A DNA stretch of 64,000 nt from Sphaerodactylus townsendi (lineage: Eukaryota), in assembly GCF_021028975.2 (NCBI RefSeq), contig NC_059431.1, forward strand, positions 37,696,001 to 37,760,000. The letters are read 5' to 3'. Below, one piece after another: positions 47,901 through 64,000 of this stretch. The notes under the pieces are model-generated. The model did no database searches and was not told where the DNA came from. It was given only the letters and a program-made list of their open reading frames with translations. Made by a program: the position numbers and the translations under genes. Numbering within the stretch: the stretch's first letter is position 1; the number at the start of each line of letters is the position of its first letter.

Positions 47901-50633
47901 GGTGAGTCCAGGTTGTTATGTGTCTGCATCTGATTCTGTGTTACCAGTTTGACCTATGACTAGCAGGGCACTAGGTGTGAAATTACTTTTTATAGGCTTA
48001 GATGACACTTGTTTGAAGAATAGTTTCCAAACAATTCTGTTTCTCCAATTGCAGTATTATGACTGTCTTAAAATCAAGCTATGGAAGATGAAATCCAAGC
48101 AAAGGTAGAGACAAGTCTAGCGGAATAGGCATGTTACTCTGTTGTAGTAGGCCATACACAATTTTTGTTCTAAAATAAAAACATGTCATTCTGTTTACAA
48201 AGATAGGGACAAACTGATCACTTCGTTTTTCTTTCCTTGCATGTTAATACCATATCTATTTAGGGTGGGGATGGTTTTGAAATGAATTTTTATGATTATT
48301 TTTAGGATTATATCCTACTTAGGGACTTTAGTGATGGGCAAAAAATATATACACAGTAAATAAATAATAAAAACCTAACATTGCATCCTACCAGTTCATT
48401 GTGCTGTCACACTTGGCTTTGCTACCAGTGAATGGACTGGTGAGATCCAACCCCTTGTACCTTGGTGTGCTCTGTGAGATAACTTTTCAGACATAAGTGC
48501 AAGCCATATTTGGATTTTAAGGTGTGTGAATGCATTCTAAAATCTCCTTGGCTTTTGCAGAATGGTGGCACCCCCTTGCTCTACGCTGTACATGGGAACC
48601 ATGTGAAATGCGTTAAAATACTTTTAGGTAAGTACTAGCGGGGCCCGACCACGCGTTGCTGTGGCTTATTGTGGTGAAATGGGAAAGGAACAATAGCAGC
48701 AAATCAATTGCAGAGGCCAGCAGTACATGCTCATGGAAACGCGCAGGCTGATATTGTGCGATGTCATTGATGTGTGTGACCGTATCCTCCCTCACTTCTG
48801 TTCCCTTGCATGGCACCCCTCCCCCTATCTACCTCCCCTTTCTCTTTGCTAGAGTGGGTGGGTCATATCCAGATGCTGGGCCCCATCCCTCTCCTCCCTT
48901 GCATGCCACCCCTCACTCTCTCCCCTCCCTAACTTCTCTTCCCTTGCATGCCTCCCTCTCTGTCCCTTTCCTCTCCCACCCTCTCTGTTCCCTTGCATGC
49001 CACCCCTCCCCCTCCCTCCCTTCCGTCTCCCTCTGCTAGGGGTGGAGTGGAGTGCAGATCCAGATGTTGGGCCCGGCCCTCCCTCCCTTGCATGCCACCC
49101 CTTACTCTCTTCTGTCCCTCTCCCTCCACTTCTCTTTCCCTTGCATGCCTCTCCCCTCCTCCGTCCCTTCCATCTCCCTCCGCTGAATGTGTATGAGAGT
49201 AGGTGTGTTGTGTGGTAGCAGTGGCTGAGGAACAGAGAGTGAAAGGTACCTGCGTGTGAGTGGGGGGAACCCCACCTGACGTCTCACATGGCAACGGCAT
49301 GATGTGTTCTCACTCTCCCACTCTGAGTTATTGCTCTAGTGTTACTGTTTTTTTTACTTCTCATCTCTGGCTATCCTGAAGCTAACATCTCTAAAGGGCA
49401 ATCTAGACGCTCTAAGGGTGACAGTTACACACAGGCAGCTTCAAGGCCTGGTGTGCCAGGAAAAAGATGTTTTGCCTGGCTTGGGTGTGTTGTCTGACAG
49501 CAGGAGGTACATAAGAACACAGTCAAGGGAATGAGTAAGTGTCTGTGAAATTTTCAGTGCGTTTGGGCCAGCAGGTGCAGGGTTATTCTCGAAGCAACAA
49601 ACGCATAGTTCCATTTTTATATATATAGATTATGAAGGTAATAGTAGCTAATGAGATCTATACAAAAAGCATAATAATAAATACAAGCTACTTAAATTCA
49701 TGTTTGTTTTGTATAGAGCATGGTGCTGATCCAACTATAGAAACAGACTCTGGGTATAATTCCATGGATTTGGCTGTAGCTCTAAGCCATCGTAGTGGTA
49801 AGTATTCAAGAACATCCTAAGACCTGCTATTTCAGTGACTTCCTCTCTTTTTGAAGGCTACAGCATTAACATTTTTCAGCTCACAGTGTGTATAACAAAG
49901 TCACAGAACTGGGGACTTAGGTTCATTGTACTATGCCTCAGCTGTTTTCTGCTCCCCACAAAATTTTCTCATTGCAGTTCTGATAATTCGAAATCTAGGA
50001 TTGATCCTAGTTACAGTTTGCTTTGTTTGCTACATTTCCTAAAATGCTGTGGAGAATATTAAGAACTGAATTTGTCCCTGTCTGCCTATGGTCAGACTAT
50101 ATGCTATCCGTGGTCACTCTACATGGTGAGCAAGAAACACATGCACGTGATTAGCCAAATGCTGTCCATTTTGAAAGGGCAGACACAGGGACCCTTGCAT
50201 TTCTAAGAATCCTTGGAGGATCAGTGTTCATTTCTTCACAAGCACATGGCACTCACTATTGTGCTCCCAGTGATGATGTTTCATTGGTTAAGAGACCATT
50301 TTTATTTCCTCCACAAAGAGTCAGATGACAGTTGCTCACTTATAAGAAAGCAAGTGAGCAGCCATTAAGAATCTAGTACATAACTGCATCCTCCGTTCCC
50401 CCCGTGGCTGGAGTATGGATTAAAAATTGGGAGAGTTGACAGAATGAGTGAGCACCTTTCCACACCGCCTTCCATTATATGATAATTGCTTATTTGTCCT
50501 GCTTATCTAAAATGGGCTAGACCACTGCTTATACTGAAGAGATGTACTCTAACTTAACCATATTCCTTCTGTTTTAGTTCAACAGGTGATTGAGTCTCAC
50601 TTATTAATGCTTCTCCAAAATGTCAAGGAATAA
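41624..50633 (+). CDS. ANKRA2: Ankyrin repeat family A member 2, complete CDS, 8 coding exons, 312 aa
   Basis: Exons (+): 41624-41912, 43801-43956, 44078-44143, 46439-46536, 47776-47901, 48561-48627, 49717-49797, 50578-50633. Total 939 nt, all GT-AG. Reads [17 protein letters not shown]... with ankyrin repeats ([26 protein letters not shown]) ...LLQNVKE*. Confidence 0.97.
43170..43345 (+). mobile_element. 5S-derived SINE remnant
   Basis: Similar to the two halves of 15440-16098. Confidence 0.55.
43801..43956 (+). CDS. ANKRA2: ANKRA2 coding exon 2
   Basis: [52 protein letters not shown]; cctag| ... |gtaagt. Confidence 0.94.
44078..44143 (+). CDS. ANKRA2: ANKRA2 coding exon 3
   Basis: [22 protein letters not shown]; tgcag| ... 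|gtaagg. Confidence 0.94.
44812..45133. mobile_element. hAT non-autonomous DNA transposon
   Basis: TIRs CAGCGGTTCCCAACC / GGTTGGGAAACGCTG; AGTTAG on both flanks. Confidence 0.78.
45410..46046 (+). mobile_element. L2-like LINE remnant
   Basis: Resembles 35760-35880 and has an L2-type T-rich 3' end with a (TAAA) tail. Confidence 0.5.
46439..46536 (+). CDS. ANKRA2: ANKRA2 coding exon 4
   Basis: [33 protein letters not shown]; aatag| ... |gtaagt. Confidence 0.94.
47776..47901 (+). CDS. ANKRA2: ANKRA2 coding exon 5
   Basis: [42 protein letters not shown]; ttcag| ... |gtgagt. Confidence 0.94.
48561..48627 (+). CDS. ANKRA2: ANKRA2 coding exon 6
   Basis: [22 protein letters not shown]; tgcag| ... 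|gtaagt. Confidence 0.94.
48635..49629 (-). mobile_element. Non-autonomous Helitron (~995 bp) in an ANKRA2 intron
   Basis: - strand starts A|TCTATATATATAAAA and ends GCCACAGCAACGCGTGGTCGGGCCCCGCTAG|T: 5' TC, 3' CTAG, subterminal hairpin, AT target, no TSD; internal minisatellite. Confidence 0.85.
48800..49185 (+). repeat. Pyrimidine-rich degenerate minisatellite (core TCCCTTGCATGCC) inside the Helitron
   Basis: At least 6 copies of cccttgcatg; 2 copies of gatccagatg.tgggccc. Confidence 0.85.
49717..49797 (+). CDS. ANKRA2: ANKRA2 coding exon 7
   Basis: [27 protein letters not shown]; tatag| ... |gtaagt. Confidence 0.94.
50578..50633 (+). CDS. ANKRA2: ANKRA2 last coding exon
   Basis: [18 protein letters not shown]; tttag|; TAA at 50631-50633. 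Confidence 0.93.
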
Positions 50634-53600
50634 CACCACTGCAGGAATGAGAGCAGATTCTAATCTGGAGAGTTGGACTGAGTGTTAGCATTGCAGAACT
50701 TGATTTACTTTCCTCAGTCCAGTCATTGCAGGGGGACTCCCATTATTTGCCAGCTAAGGATAAAAACTGTTCCTTTATGAAAATGGCTCAGTGACAGATT
50801 GTCACCAATCCCTGTGCTTCGACAGTTCTTGCTGGTATATGCATTTTAATAGGCACTGGTTGCGCTGATGGAATTGTCGACAGCATAGTATGGCCTGCCC
50901 GTGGTCTCGGCAAGCCTTACCTTTACCTTGGTGTTGCTTTGTTGTGCCAACAGGGCTTGAGGTCACAAATGGGTTAAAAAAACCCCTATCATAACAGCAT
51001 AATGTTTCAAGCAAGAAGTAAGATGCCACCAGAACAATGTTTTTACTGCTTGATAGTTGTATTCAGGTAACTGTTTTTGGAGAGAGTGTTTCCCCCCCCC
51101 CCTTTTTTTTTTTGTTTATAGATGTTTTTAAAGCCAAACCTTACCTCTTTTGTAAATATGTTGTAAAATGTGATATTAGATTGCATAGAATCTTTGAGAA
51201 AGGAATGGGAAGGGGCAATCAGACTTTATTCTGTGTGGCATATATAGTTTCTATAAATTACGTATGTTTTTTGGGGAATAACATGATGAATCTTCAGAAT
51301 ATATTAATGTATTGAGTCTAGCAGTTGGAACATTGTATTAATAGATGATAGTGAAATGAAGCAGAGAAAGCACTGGAATATGAAAACATATATTTTTAAA
51401 ATACACATTTAAATGGTAGGCAGAAAACCCACCTATGGTAACTGAACTTTCACTGCATTGCCACAGAGTAGTTTGAAATAGGTGGAAAGTTGATTACCAT
51501 AATTATACTCTTTCCCCAAAAAAGATCTAAAGACAATTATAAATTCATCCGCCACTGTTTCCTGGACCTTATTTCCCTCCCCTCCAATCAGGTACCCTGA
51601 CGTGAGTTCTGGACCTTCCTTCAGGGCTTCTGTTGGCTCCCTGGCCTTTCTGTCAGCATCCCACCCCACCGCCTCCTGAATCACCTCCCTCCCGCCTCTC
51701 CCCACTTCTCGGCACAGACACCAAGGCCTGGTCTTTGGTTGGCAGCTCCTGCTTAACACCCCTCCAATTGCTTTGCCTGACAGTGGCTGCCGCTCCCTGG
51801 AGCTGTGGAATAGCAATGCATCTTGTCCCTTCTCCACCTCTCTGCCTGCTTTCCTCTCTTGCAGGCTGAAGCTCCTGCACTTGGCTCACTCCTGACCGCC
51901 CATCCCTCTTTGCAGCTCCTGGGTGGCCAGTTGCATCCCTTTGATGCTGGGTGTCACTGTACCTCCATCTGCCCACCACCGATGGTGAGCTCTCATTGGG
52001 GCAGTTGGGCCGGGGTCACTGCTTGGAGCAGGAGGGAGCCAGCAGGGTCTGCAAGGGCTATGCTGGGCCCGGCACTGGACAGCTGCCCTTAAAACTGATT
52101 CCTCAATGCCCACAGACTGTTTTCCTCCATGCCCATGGGACTATTTTCACCTGTGGAGGCATGCTATTTTCACTTTCCCTGCAGCACAAATGACTGTACT
52201 TAGATTTTTTGGTGGAAAAGAATATAAACTGCCCTAGTTTATTTAAAATGTATACTGTGAACATGGTAACCAGTCTTTATCCGAGGACATGATCTATATT
52301 GGTTGTCATTGCAGAAAAGAGCATGGCTCATCTTTAGACTCGTGCGCACCCTCTTCTGCTCACCTTTGCTTAAGAAACATGGTAAAGCTCAACTCATAAC
52401 TGTGGTTTGTTCAACTGTGCCTTGAGACCTACTCTAATTTAGTTTAGAGGACAGAGAATAAACCATGGCTTGCCATTTAACCTGAATCACAAACTAGGAT
52501 TAAATACAAAAGCAATATATGGCGGATACAGCACATGAACCGAATAATGCCCTAGGCTTATCCCTGTAATGACAGACCATGGTTTGCCATTGAACCAGTC
52601 ATGCTGTGGTGTCTATTTTAGGATGCAGTAAAACAACCCTGTTGAGGAAGACTATAAATTCTAAACACAGAAACAATATAGTATATCTTAAAACTTTTCC
52701 CCAGTAACAACATCAGCATATGTGAAGGACAATAGTGCAATATTAGAAATACCCTGGTTTCCCCATTCACTAGCCAGAGAAGACTACTGAACTGCCTGCC
52801 TCTCTTGGGGTCTTTTGCAAACATTTCACTCCATTTGTTATATTAGATGTGCTAATTAGAATGGCTAAAGCTGTAAATGTTTTAAAATTATGTATAAGGG
52901 GTTCGGCAAGCATTTTGAACTGATTTTGGATATTTTCAGAGCCATGGTTCTATATATCGTGTAAATAAAATGCTCATTAAATGTGTATGGTGACATGTTT
53001 CATCACAGCAGTAAAGTGACCCTTTGTTTTTCTCTAAGGTATATATTTTAAAAGGTGATTGTTTGGTATTTATTTCATTTTTATTTAAAAAAAAACAGCA
53101 TGTTTAACTAATGCCAAACTTATTTTCATGCTGTGGTTACATACATGGCTTTTCTTCATTTATGTGGCGCACAAATATAGCAGGGATTAAAGAACAGAAC
53201 TATTCCTCTATTCCACAAGTTCTCAGCATTATAATCTGTACAATGTTTGATTTATAAATTGCATTAAAATAAATGTGATCTGCTCTGTTCTGTCTTTAAT
53301 AAACCTGTACAGGTAGTACTGTACAACTCTCGATGGTTGTGTGTCTCATAGCCCTTGGTGGTGGTTGTTATAGGTCTGCCATGCCTAGGCTGAGATCCTA
53401 ACTGATATCCCAGTCCTCCAGTAAATATCAATTTGAGGTTCCCAAGCCTGGCAGGAGGATCTGCACAGACATTACAGGCGTTAAGTCGAGTAGTCTACAT
53501 TCACCATTGAACTTCATCACAGATACAACAGTGTGTTATATTGAATTAAACTCTCCAGAGACCTGGAAAACCATTGTTTCAAATTTAGTATTCTACTTTA

Positions 53601-54389
53601 CAAAGAGTATACCAAATATATCAGTTTAATGAGCCACCTGCTATCGTGTGTAATCCCTTTACTGCATTAAGAGCAAGATGACATGTTGATAATTCAGATG
53701 CCAGACCCGTATTTCAGGTGGCACAAGTAATGCTAGCATAGGAAACAGATGTAACATACAGTAATTAAAATAATTTAACAATATTATGTGTCACTACCAC
53801 CAATTTTAGAGTGAGTTTTCTGTGTAATATCTACACAGCAAATAATTTGCTAAGAAAATAAGCTAGATGTGGCAACTACTAGTATAAACATATACAAGGA
53901 GTGACAAGGACACCATCTATATATTAAAGCAATGTTTTGTATTCTATAAGCAAGAAGATAGGCTAAACACCCCCTTTGTCCTACAAATTTCAATTCTCTC
54001 CCTGCCATCCAAGCCATAAAATTACGCTTTGACCTATCTATCAAAACCAGAATGGAAAACCATGGCTTGAATGTGGTTTTGAGGACAAGCACACCCACGC
54101 TTGGTGATTTCAAAAGAACTGGATTGCACAAACTAAAGTCCAGTCATTTAATGCCAAACGGCAGCTTACAATGGGCATTATTCACATACAAGAGTAACTT
54201 TTTAAATATCATTAAATGATCTGAATGTGTATGTCTGTGTTCCTGAACAAATGTTTTACATGATAGCCACAGTATGTTATTTACAGGTCACAGAAGAGAA
54301 AGCTAATGAATCAAACAAGTGAGGACCGCAAGGACTTCTGAGAAACATCTTATTTCCCCTTCCCCCACCATGTCCTCTTTCTGTTCAAA

Positions 54390-55890
54390 ATTTCCAGTTC
54401 AGCATGGAAGGTGCTCACTAGATGGTGCTGCAGGAAGCACATAGATCCAGAAACACCAAATATTGCTTCTATTTTGCAATTCCTACAGGAGGGTTACAGC
54501 TCAGGGCTCAGATCTTCTACCTTAAGGGACATGGCAGCCTTGACTACTCTCTTACTATCATATAAAGGCAACCCTACCCCTCAACAACCCTACATTCAAA
54601 ATTTCCTAAAGGGAGCTGCACAGGTAAGCCCAACACAAGGGCACAAGTCCCCTACTTGGAACCTTCATACCGTCCTTGCAGCCTTAACCAGACCACCCAT
54701 TGAGCCTATATTGAAGTGGCTCAGGATCTTGTTCTTGGTAGCCATTCCTGCAGCACACTGGGAGTTCTGTCAATCCAACCAGAGTGCTGCATCATCCACA
54801 AGGACAAGGTCATTTTACACACAGATCCAACCTTCAGACCAAAAGCTGCCAGCACATTTCACTTGGCCCAGGAGCTTTCCTTGCTATTCTTTTGCCCTCG
54901 TCCCAAACACTCTAAGGAGGTTTGGCACACCTTTGATGTCAGCAGCCATCAAGATTTTTCTTCCACAGGACTGAGGAAATTCAAAATCATTATTAATCTC
55001 AATTTGCCCTCCTAACAAAGGTGGAGCTATGTCTAAAGCCTCTATCAGCTCTATCTTGAAAGAATGCATCCCAGAGGCTTACAAAGCAGAAAGGTTGAGG
55101 GTTCCACCAGGCATCACTGGGAATTTGATTAGAAGTACTCCATGAATGCTGCCCTGAACCACTCTTCAGTGGAAGAGATCTGAAGGGCCGCTACTTGGGC
55201 GACAACTTCTACCTTTGTAAAGCACTATAGGTTGAAGTCAGCAGACACAGCTTTCAGCTAGGTGTTGCAGTATGTGCTGAAACAATAGGGCAGTGGTGGC
55301 AAACCTATGGCACTCCAGATATTCATGGACTACAATTGGCCATGCTGGCAGGGGCTTATGGGAATTTTAGTCCATAGACATCTAGAGTGCCATAGGTTCG
55401 CCACCACGGCAATAGGGTATGACCCACCCAGTACTCTGGGACACTGCTCAGGAGTTGTCCTCTTGACTCTGCAAGTTGTCCTCCTGACTCAGTGGAAGTC
55501 TGCAAGTTGTCCTCCTGACTCAGTAGAAAATGGTCCACTGGATACTCACTGCGAAGGTCCTTCTCCACTGAAGGCAGAAGGACATTTTGGCCCTGGTCAT
55601 TCTATATTGTTCCAGCCATGTCTGCTTCATTAGTACCACTTCAGTCTACCTCTGATTACTGTTTATACCTGCAAATTATTTGCTGTTATCTTTCCTCCTG
55701 TTAACTTGTTCGGTTCTTGTACTTAAATATCTGCTTAAGATGCAGTTGCTGCATTGGAAATAATCAAGCTTAGGAGGAAGGTGACACCCAAGAACAAGCA
55801 GGAAATCTGAAGAAAATTAATCCTGCCTCCCCATTGGAAGGATTGGGAATCACCCACCTACTAAATGTCCTCCTGTCTTCAGTGGAGAAA
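54390..55890 (+). mobile_element. DIRS-like tyrosine-recombinase retrotransposon, 3' remnant (decayed YR ORF + terminal inverted-repeat region)
   Basis: ILQFLQEG...GLRSSTL, PTWNLHTVLAALTRPP.EP, LFLVAI, VILHTDPTFRPK, EEI*RAATW...TFVKHYRL; 27-bp inverted repeat 55561-55587 / 55863-55889. Confidence 0.8.
55291..55409. mobile_element. hAT-type MITE inserted in the DIRS remnant
   Basis: Same family as 11557-11728; perfect TSD CAATAGGG. Confidence 0.88.
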
Positions 55891-56086
55891 TATCCCTTTG
55901 TTACAATGTATTCAACAGAAATGGACACGAACTATGAAACAGCATGATTGGGGAAACATGTAAAACTCTGAACAACTTATTTTGGTAAGATTTAAATCTA
56001 CTTTACCCCAAACTAGTTGCAAGTTATCGAAGGCACACATTTAAACGCACAAAATACTACCTACAAATATGTGTCTAAATTTAACT

Positions 56087-56092
56087 TTTATT
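56087..56092 (-). terminator. Probable BTF3 polyadenylation signal AATAAA
   Basis: TTTATT on + strand, ~225 nt downstream of the BTF3 stop. Confidence 0.6.
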
Positions 56093-56316
56093 AGGATTTT
56101 GACTTAATACTTTTCCATTTTGTGCACATCAATCCAGCCGCAAATAAATGCTTAGTGCGCTAAGCAATAACCAAGGAGAGCTGCAATTTTGAGGAGTTTC
56201 CAAGTATTATAGATCTTTGACTTATCATCAGTACAAAAATGTTACAAATAAAAGTCACAATATAAAATAGCAGCTCCATGTAACTTTCAAGTTTTAGTTT
56301 CCAAAAAAGTGACCCT

Positions 56317-61496
<5,180 letters not shown>

Positions 61497-61499
61497 CTA

Positions 61500-62270
61500 A
61501 AGGCGAGGAAGAGCACAAGCAGGATAGTTAGGCTTGCCTGGGCGTGACTCGACGCTGCCCGGAAGACCGAATAACTCAATGGGCAAACCAGGCCCGCCCA
61601 GGACACCGGGAAGCGCAGCAGGAGAGAAACGCCCCCCCCCCGGCCTCCCCCCCCCACCCCACCCGGGGAGCGGAGGAGCTGCGCGAGGCCCAAACGAGGG
61701 CAGGGAAAAGTCGCCCAGGGATCGGCCCCGTGCTCGGAAGCTCCCTCTACGATGAACCCGCGGCCTACCCTCGACCGCCAGGCCCTCGGAACCCGCTCCC
61801 AAACACCTGGCGCGCCCTCCTTCCCCGCCCGCCGCCCCCACGGGGCCTTTTTATACCTTCTCGGAAGGAAGAGGCCCGTCTGGGCAGGTCGAGGAGCCGG
61901 AGGCCGCGGAAGGAAGCGACGAGCTCGGCGAACACGCGTGAAAACGGCCAAGATGGCGGCCGGGAAGGGAAAACAAGCCGCTGTCACGCGGTGACGCAAG
62001 TCAATGTGCCGTGCACGCGCGACGCTTCCGCCCCGCCTCTTCTGCTCTGGGCGCGCGCCACGGGGTTTGTGGCCGCGCGCGGACTGATTGCTTGAGCGCA
62101 GTTCTGCCTTCTGAAAGACCAGGTCGAGGCTGGTGGGCGTGGTGGGGGGGTGGGGTGGAGGGAAGCTTGAATAAAACTCCTGGATGGCAGTTCAGCACCA
62201 CATCCGATATAATGGCCCCCGCCCCACACCTTCCTGGGTTAACAGGGGCGTGGGACTCGTAACGTACTGC
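61500..62270 (-). promoter_or_regulatory. BTF3: BTF3 CpG-island promoter and non-coding exon 1 (~61975 to 61857; donor AAG|GTATAA)
   Basis: Very CpG-rich; YY1 motif AAGATGGCGGCC at ~61950; GC boxes; pyrimidine tract TTGTTTTCCCTTCCC on - strand near the inferred start site. Confidence 0.8.
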
Positions 62271-62539
62271 AGGTGCTAAGACATCCCATCGCTTTACAGA
62301 TGCGGATGGCCTTCCAGCTGTGCTCCCTCTGCAAATTCCTATTCTCTCTGCTTATCTCGTTTCCATACTGCCCTCGGTTTTGCATGTTGTTTCTCTAGCG
62401 ACTGTTGGGAGAGTGGCACGCCTGTTCAGAATGGATCGATTGCTCTATGGAACTGATTTTCTTTTAATGGCACTGTCCCATTATAGCATCTCCTGTTCAC
62501 GTTTAAAAAAAGGTTGTGTCTCTAAAACTGGTTGATCTA

Positions 62540-62655
62540 TACTCCAGTGTATCTGAGGAAGGGAGCTCTGACTGACTCATAAACATGCATTCTAGCATAA
62601 ATGTTGTGAGTTTTTCAAGTGCCGCTGGGATTCAGTTTTATTTTGCTACTACAGA
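62540..62655 (+). mobile_element. Old Penelope-like fragment
   Basis: gtatCTGAGGAagggag...ctcat...taaatgttgtgagtttttcaagtgcc.ctgg...ttttgctactacaga. Confidence 0.4.
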
Positions 62656-63629
62656 AGAAGAATGCCTGTGGTGTATCCTCAGTTCCTTCCTCACAATATT
62701 TATGGTGGCCTAAAGTTATAATTTTAATTTCTTTAGTGTTGGTAACATTGTACTTTATTTTGAGTAAAACTTGGTAAAGTCATTAGGGGCCTGACACAAT
62801 TGCTTTGGAAACTCAATCCATTTGGTCTTGTATAGGCTGTGATTTACGCACATCATTGTGCTGTTGCATTGATCAGATTGAAGGCCCTTATGAGAAATAT
62901 CTGCATGTCAGACTACTGGAGGCAAGTTTCATATGGAAAATCCTCTGGTACCACTGGAACTTATTCAGTGACTATATATTGACATCTGGAACATGTGCAT
63001 GTAAAGTGCTGTCAAGTCGTAGCCAACTTAAAGCAACCCAGTGGGGTTTTCAAGGCAAGAGACTAATAAAAGTGGTTGCAATTTCTCTGCATAGAGGCTC
63101 TGGTTCACCCCAGTATTCCTTAAAGGTCTGCCATCCAAGAATTCATTAGGATCTGGAATACAGAGTTGCAATCCCTTTAGCAAGCATGTGACATAACTTT
63201 AAGTGTGTTTTGTAATGTATTGGCCTTCCTGGTTTGCTGTACCTAATTGGGTGAAAGCTTAGCCCTTTAAATAACGGTGTTATGCTCTGTATCTTTACTT
63301 TTGGTTCTGATTTTTTCCCCTTTTTGCCAGCAAGCTGCAGCTGTCAGAAGGTCTTTTTAATGGAGCTACAATAAGTGTGTTGTTGTTATTCCTGCAGTGC
63401 AGTCCCTTTTCAAAGAGCTTAAAATGTTGTTCAGAACTCAGTGCTATAATAGAACTTACTTCACAGTAATTGTGTTTAAGATTCCAGCCATACTTGAAAA
63501 TAACTTTTGCTGAAAATGATGATATAGACTTCTCTCCAGGATGAAGATGACCCATTGGTGAGCACCATTGGGTTTGGTCAGTCAACTAATTACAAATCCA
63601 CCTAGCAGTAGCATTGTTTAGCCCATGTT

Positions 63630-64000
63630 TTACTAGCTTGCTTGCAAAATTATCATGGAGGACCTTGTCTCTTTGGAACTTGCCTTACTGAAATCAAAGT
63701 AAGTTACATCCACAGCATTCCTTTCATCTACCAAGCTTGTTACTCTATTAAAAAAAAGAAAAATAATATTAGTCTCGCATGATTTGTTTTTAAAAAACCC
63801 AGGTTGACTTTTAGTGAATACAGTATTCCCTTCTAAGTGCTTACAGACTGTCTGTTTAACTATTTGCTCTAGAATCTTTCCTGGTAGTGATGTCAGGCTG
63901 AGTGGGTGGTAATTGTTTGGGTTCTCTATTTTTCCCCTTTTTGAAGATGTGGACAATGTTTGCCCTCCTCCAGTCTGCTGGGATTTCTCCTGTTTTTCAG
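63630..64000 (-). mobile_element. CR1 LINE reverse-transcriptase fragment (runs off the window end)
   Basis: ENPNNYHPLSLTSLPGKILEQIVK...SQPGFFKNKSCETN...VDVTYFDFSKA. Confidence 0.9.

Noticed and set aside
54411-55015. Functional or domesticated recombinase gene
   Set aside because: Multiple frameshifts and stops; the catalytic region is degraded.

Overview
Eukaryotic genomic DNA from a squamate reptile, probably a gecko, judged from the repeat content (Squam3-like and 5S-derived SINEs, Dong/R4, Penelope, DIRS, CR1, L2). It holds the conserved vertebrate block ARHGEF28 - UTP15 - ANKRA2 - BTF3. ARHGEF28 (- strand) is present only at its 5' end: a CpG-island exon 1 near 16.9-17.2 kb and the first coding exon at 3170-3213. 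UTP15 (- strand) is complete, with 12 coding exons and 509 aa. ANKRA2 (+ strand) is complete, with 8 coding exons and 312 aa, and sits head-to-head with UTP15 on a compact bidirectional promoter. BTF3 (- strand) is complete, with 5 coding exons and 162 aa. Exons were reconstructed by hand from GT-AG sites and reading-frame continuity; most entries in the ORF track are spurious. I found no convincing wholly new gene system. The most interesting signals are: a non-autonomous Helitron forming about 91% of an ANKRA2 intron; an open-frame R4/Dong endonuclease fragment inserted in a (TAA)n tract; a DIRS tyrosine-recombinase retroelement end with its inverted-repeat structure; degenerate Penelope hammerhead motifs; a 2-codon uORF just before the ARHGEF28 start; a triple-nested transposon stack; and an unclassified ~1.7 kb GC-rich intronic insertion. 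Family names come from recognising motifs, not from database searches.
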